Positions 61,746 to 64,000 of a stretch of DNA of 64,000 nucleotides are shown piece after piece. The number at the start of each line of letters is the position of its first letter. The stretch's first letter is position 1. A program made the position numbers and the translations under genes. This DNA is from Myxococcales bacterium (GTDB taxonomy: Bacteria > Myxococcota_A > Polyangia > Polyangiales > Polyangiaceae). The stretch is from positions 3,932 to 67,931 of the forward strand of contig JAAZAA010000056.1 in NCBI GenBank assembly GCA_012514535.1, written 5' to 3'. A model generated the notes under the pieces. The model made no database searches. It saw only the letters and a program-made list of their open reading frames with translations, and had not been told where the DNA came from.

Positions 61746-63234
61746 CGGCGGCGCCGCGCACGTACCCGTAGTACTCGACGCCGAGATCCTGGAACGTCTG
61801 CTCGTAGGTCTCTCCCACCCGCAGGATCGCGAACTCGTCCCGCGGCTCGACCAGCAGGGCGGGCACCGCGCGCCCGTCGTGCAGCGCTTCGTACTGCTCG
61901 CGCGTGAGATCGACGGCGCCCTCCAGCGCCTGCGCGAAGCCGATGCGACGCGCGGCCGCCTCCCAGCCCGGCACCGGCTCCATGGGGATCGCCTCGGCGG
62001 CGTCGCCGCTCCCGTAACCGACCATCACCATGGGTGAGCCCGCCAGCTCCTTCCCCGTCTGCACCGCCTCCTCGAAGCCCGCGGCGATCCACGCGGGGAG
62101 CGCGGCGCTGTAGAGGTTTCCGAGGTCGCGGGCGCCCTCACTCCCGAGCCCCATCTTCTGCGCCAGGAGCTCGCGGAAGTTCGAGCGCTTGCGCAGGACC
62201 GCCGCCACCGCGCTCGTGGCCGCATAGGGATCTTCGTCCGCCTTCCCGTCGAGGACGCGCGCGTACAGATCTGGGAGCGACGTGGTCTCCGCGAGCACCG
62301 CCGACACCTCCACCCCCGCCTCCTCGCACAGCAGACGGAGCTCCTCCTCGTGGCGGTCACTGCGCGCCAGGCCCCGCACGTAGAGGAACGACATCGCCTG
62401 GATGGGCATGTGGTGGTACGGGCGATGGAAGAAGAGCGCCCGCACGTCCCGGTAGAACTGCCCTGCGCGCGCGTCGACCCGCTCCAGCATGGCCTCGACC
62501 GCGTGCACCGTCTCGTCGAGGTAGGCGAAGGTCGAGTAGCGCCCGCTGAACACCGGGAAGTCGCTCATGCGCTTCGTGCGCTCCGCGTACGCCTCGTGGA
62601 AGTGGCGCGCGAAGGGCTTGCGGAAATCCGGACCGCGGTAATCGGAGGCGCTCCCTGCGCGCCTCAGGTCCACCGCCAACATCTTGGGGTCCCGCTCGAT
62701 GAGCATCGCCACCGCGCCGGCGCCCTGGGTTTGTTCCCCCGTGCTGCCGCGCTCGTACTCCGCGACGTCCGCGGCGACGACGATCGCCAGCTTGTCGGCG
62801 CCGTCGCAGGAGACGTAACGCAGCGCGCTCTTCAGGGCGTACACCCCGCCGAGGCACGCGTGCTTGAACTCCGGGACCTCCAGCTGACGCGCCAGCCGGG
62901 GGAGCCCGAGCTCCTCGAGCGCCCGATCCACCATGCCCCGGACGATCACCGCGCCGGCGGCGTTGTCGGTGCTCGACTCGGTGCCGAGCCCGAGGAAGCC
63001 CACCCGGCGCGGATCGATGTCGTAGCTCCGGATGAGCCGCAGCACCGCGTTGGCGGCCATGGTGTAGACGTTCTCGTGGCGCGCGGGGACCCGGAAGCTG
63101 CGGCCGACGACGTTGCGGACCTTCTCCCAGGGGTTCCCGGTCCATTCGCACCACGCCTCCAGGGGGACGCGCAGGGCCGGGACGTACAGGCTCATGCCGC
63201 TGATGCCAGGGCGGACGGGGGCGTTGTCGCTCAT
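61738..63234 (-). CDS. HMG-CoA synthase-family (thiolase-fold condensing) enzyme, long form (~498 aa)
   Basis: ATG 63234. GISGMSLYVPALRV, GLGTESSTD, catalytic Cys context EFKHACLGGVYAL, GAGAVAMLIE, and later His/Asn regions. ORF-track start 63438 is rejected. Confidence 0.75.
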   Translation of the reverse strand: MSDNAPVRPGISGMSLYVPALRVPLEAWCEWTGNPWEKVRNVVGRSFRVPARHENVYTMAANAVLRLIRSYDIDPRRVGFLGLGTESSTDNAAGAVIVRGMVDRALEELGLPRLARQLEVPEFKHACLGGVYALKSALRYVSCDGADKLAIVVAADVAEYERGSTGEQTQGAGAVAMLIERDPKMLAVDLRRAGSASDYRGPDFRKPFARHFHEAYAERTKRMSDFPVFSGRYSTFAYLDETVHAVEAMLERVDARAGQFYRDVRALFFHRPYHHMPIQAMSFLYVRGLARSDRHEEELRLLCEEAGVEVSAVLAETTSLPDLYARVLDGKADEDPYAATSAVAAVLRKRSNFRELLAQKMGLGSEGARDLGNLYSAALPAWIAAGFEEAVQTGKELAGSPMVMVGYGSGDAAEAIPMEPVPGWEAAARRIGFAQALEGAVDLTREQYEALHDGRAVPALLVEPRDEFAILRVGETYEQTFQDLGVEYYGYVRGAAAE

Positions 63235-63357
63235 GATCGGTCTCGTTCTCGATGGATCCGGTTCAGGGATCGGCGTTTTATACCCCGATCTTCGCCGGGA
63301 CCGGGAGCAAAACGACCCATGCGAACTGGCGTTCGCGCTCGCGCTACCGCGACGACG

Positions 63358-63389
63358 CAGTTCCTCGCGCCCGTCCTTGCGAGGAACTG
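63358..63389. promoter_or_regulatory. Perfect 11-bp inverted repeat in the divergent HMGS-like / KS-like promoter region
   Basis: CAGTTCCTCGC - N10 - GCGAGGAACTG, immediately followed by TTGACT. Confidence 0.45.
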
Positions 63390-63436
63390 TTGACTCCGCT
63401 GCTGCCACTGGCACATTCCCGCCGGGCAGGCACTGC

Positions 63437-64000
63437 ATGCGAAGAGCTGCGATCTATGGCTGGGGGCTGGTAGCTCCCCACTCGGCGAACATCGACGAGT
63501 TCGAACGGAACCTCGATGGAGCGGAGTCTTGGCTCACGCCGTTCAACGGCTTCGGACCCGACAACTTCCTGGTAGGCAATCCAAAGTTCGACTTTGCCGC
63601 GTACCAGCCGTGGATCGAGGAGCGTTTCCCCCCGAGCCGGTTCCGACAACTGACGGACAAGATGGATCCGACGAGCCTCTACGGCATCGGCGCCTTCATC
63701 CAGTCCCTCGGGCAGAACCCGGGCCTCGAGCGGGCGCTGATGGAGCTCGGTCCTCAGGCGCACGTCTACGTGGGCAACGCCCTCGGCGCGTACCCCACCG
63801 TCTGTCGGACCGCCATCGAGTTCCATCGGGCGCAGCGACGCTGGAATCGGTTCTGGGCGGCGCCCGAGCGGAACGCCGCGCTCCGGGAGTACCTGGCCCA
63901 CGGCGGCGACGTCCCCGTGCGCGATCCCGCGACCTTCGAGGACCCCGACGAGCGCGAGGCGGCGGAAGACGCCTGGTTCGGTTACTGGAGCGAGCGCTCC
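63437..64000 (+). CDS. Beta-ketoacyl synthase-like condensing enzyme, N-terminal fragment (runs off the window)
   Basis: Not in the ORF track because it is open-ended. My translation from ATG 63437 is MRRAAIYGWGLVAPHSANIDEFERNLDGAESWLTPFNGFGPDNF...DKMDPTSLYGIGAFIQSLGQNPGLERALMELGPQAHVYVGNALGAYPTV. It follows the KS N-terminal pattern (RR-[VA]-[VA]-I-x-G-x-G-x-V-[SA]-P, then the MD-xxx-xx-A helix and the VxVG-xxxG strand). There is no stop through 64000. Confidence 0.55.
   Translation, partial: MRRAAIYGWGLVAPHSANIDEFERNLDGAESWLTPFNGFGPDNFLVGNPKFDFAAYQPWIEERFPPSRFRQLTDKMDPTSLYGIGAFIQSLGQNPGLERALMELGPQAHVYVGNALGAYPTVCRTAIEFHRAQRRWNRFWAAPERNAALREYLAHGGDVPVRDPATFEDPDEREAAEDAWFGYWSERS

Noticed and set aside
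63409-63424. Perfect TGGCAC hexamer upstream of the KS-like gene
   Set aside because: The nearest GC dinucleotide is one base too close (GG-to-GC spacing 10 instead of 11). Sigma-54 spacing is essentially invariant, so it is not counted.
1-64000. Searched for CRISPR arrays, transposase/integrase genes, rRNA, toxin-antitoxin or phage-defence gene signatures
   Set aside because: None recognised. No array of regularly spaced identical repeats longer than three units, no DDE/tyrosine-recombinase motifs, and no rRNA-like conserved stretches. The scan was by eye only, so small elements could have been missed.

Overview
Very GC-rich chromosomal segment; third codon positions are almost all G/C. The gene style (many lipoproteins, TPR proteins, a sigma-54 activator, two GH9 cellulases) suggests a myxobacterium of the Sorangium/Polyangiaceae type. 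That placement is inference only.

Layout:
- (1) About 0.2-31.5 kb is a nitrogen-oxide / oxygen-stress island. It holds an OM porin, a HemD-like/NirB/NirD fusion nitrite reductase, a Crp/Fnr regulator and four hemerythrin-domain proteins plus a RIC/YtfE di-iron protein. It also holds a DGC-domain protein and an NrfD/4Fe-4S/tetraheme-c module divergent from napD-napA-(tandem napB). Further genes are an nnrS / radical-SAM-SPASM / nitronate-monooxygenase-like operon, moaA, TauE, a lipoprotein multicopper oxidase, a cupin, a sensor-less sigma-54 enhancer-binding protein, a GH9 cellulase, a methyltransferase and a c-type cytochrome.
- (2) 32.4-48 kb holds a second GH9 cellulase with a Cys-rich lipoprotein, one 11.5 kb ORF encoding a ~3,800 aa all-TPR protein, and a TPR lipoprotein.
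- (3) 48-61 kb is housekeeping: hbd, efp, thiD, tRNA-Leu(UAA), feoAB, mpg, coaBC, a CPBP protease and yebC.
- (4) The right edge has an HMG-CoA-synthase-like gene divergent from a partial ketosynthase-like gene.

Most notable observation: a recurrent sigma-54-type -24/-12 motif (TGGCAY-N5-YTGCW) sits directly in front of at least eight genes of the island. In five cases the start codon lies only 13-15 nt after the -12 GC, which is leaderless geometry. The island also encodes an activator with no sensor domain followed by a hemerythrin.

I found no CRISPR array, rRNA or obvious mobile element. Intergenic regions were scanned by eye only. All family calls are from motif recognition, not database searches.
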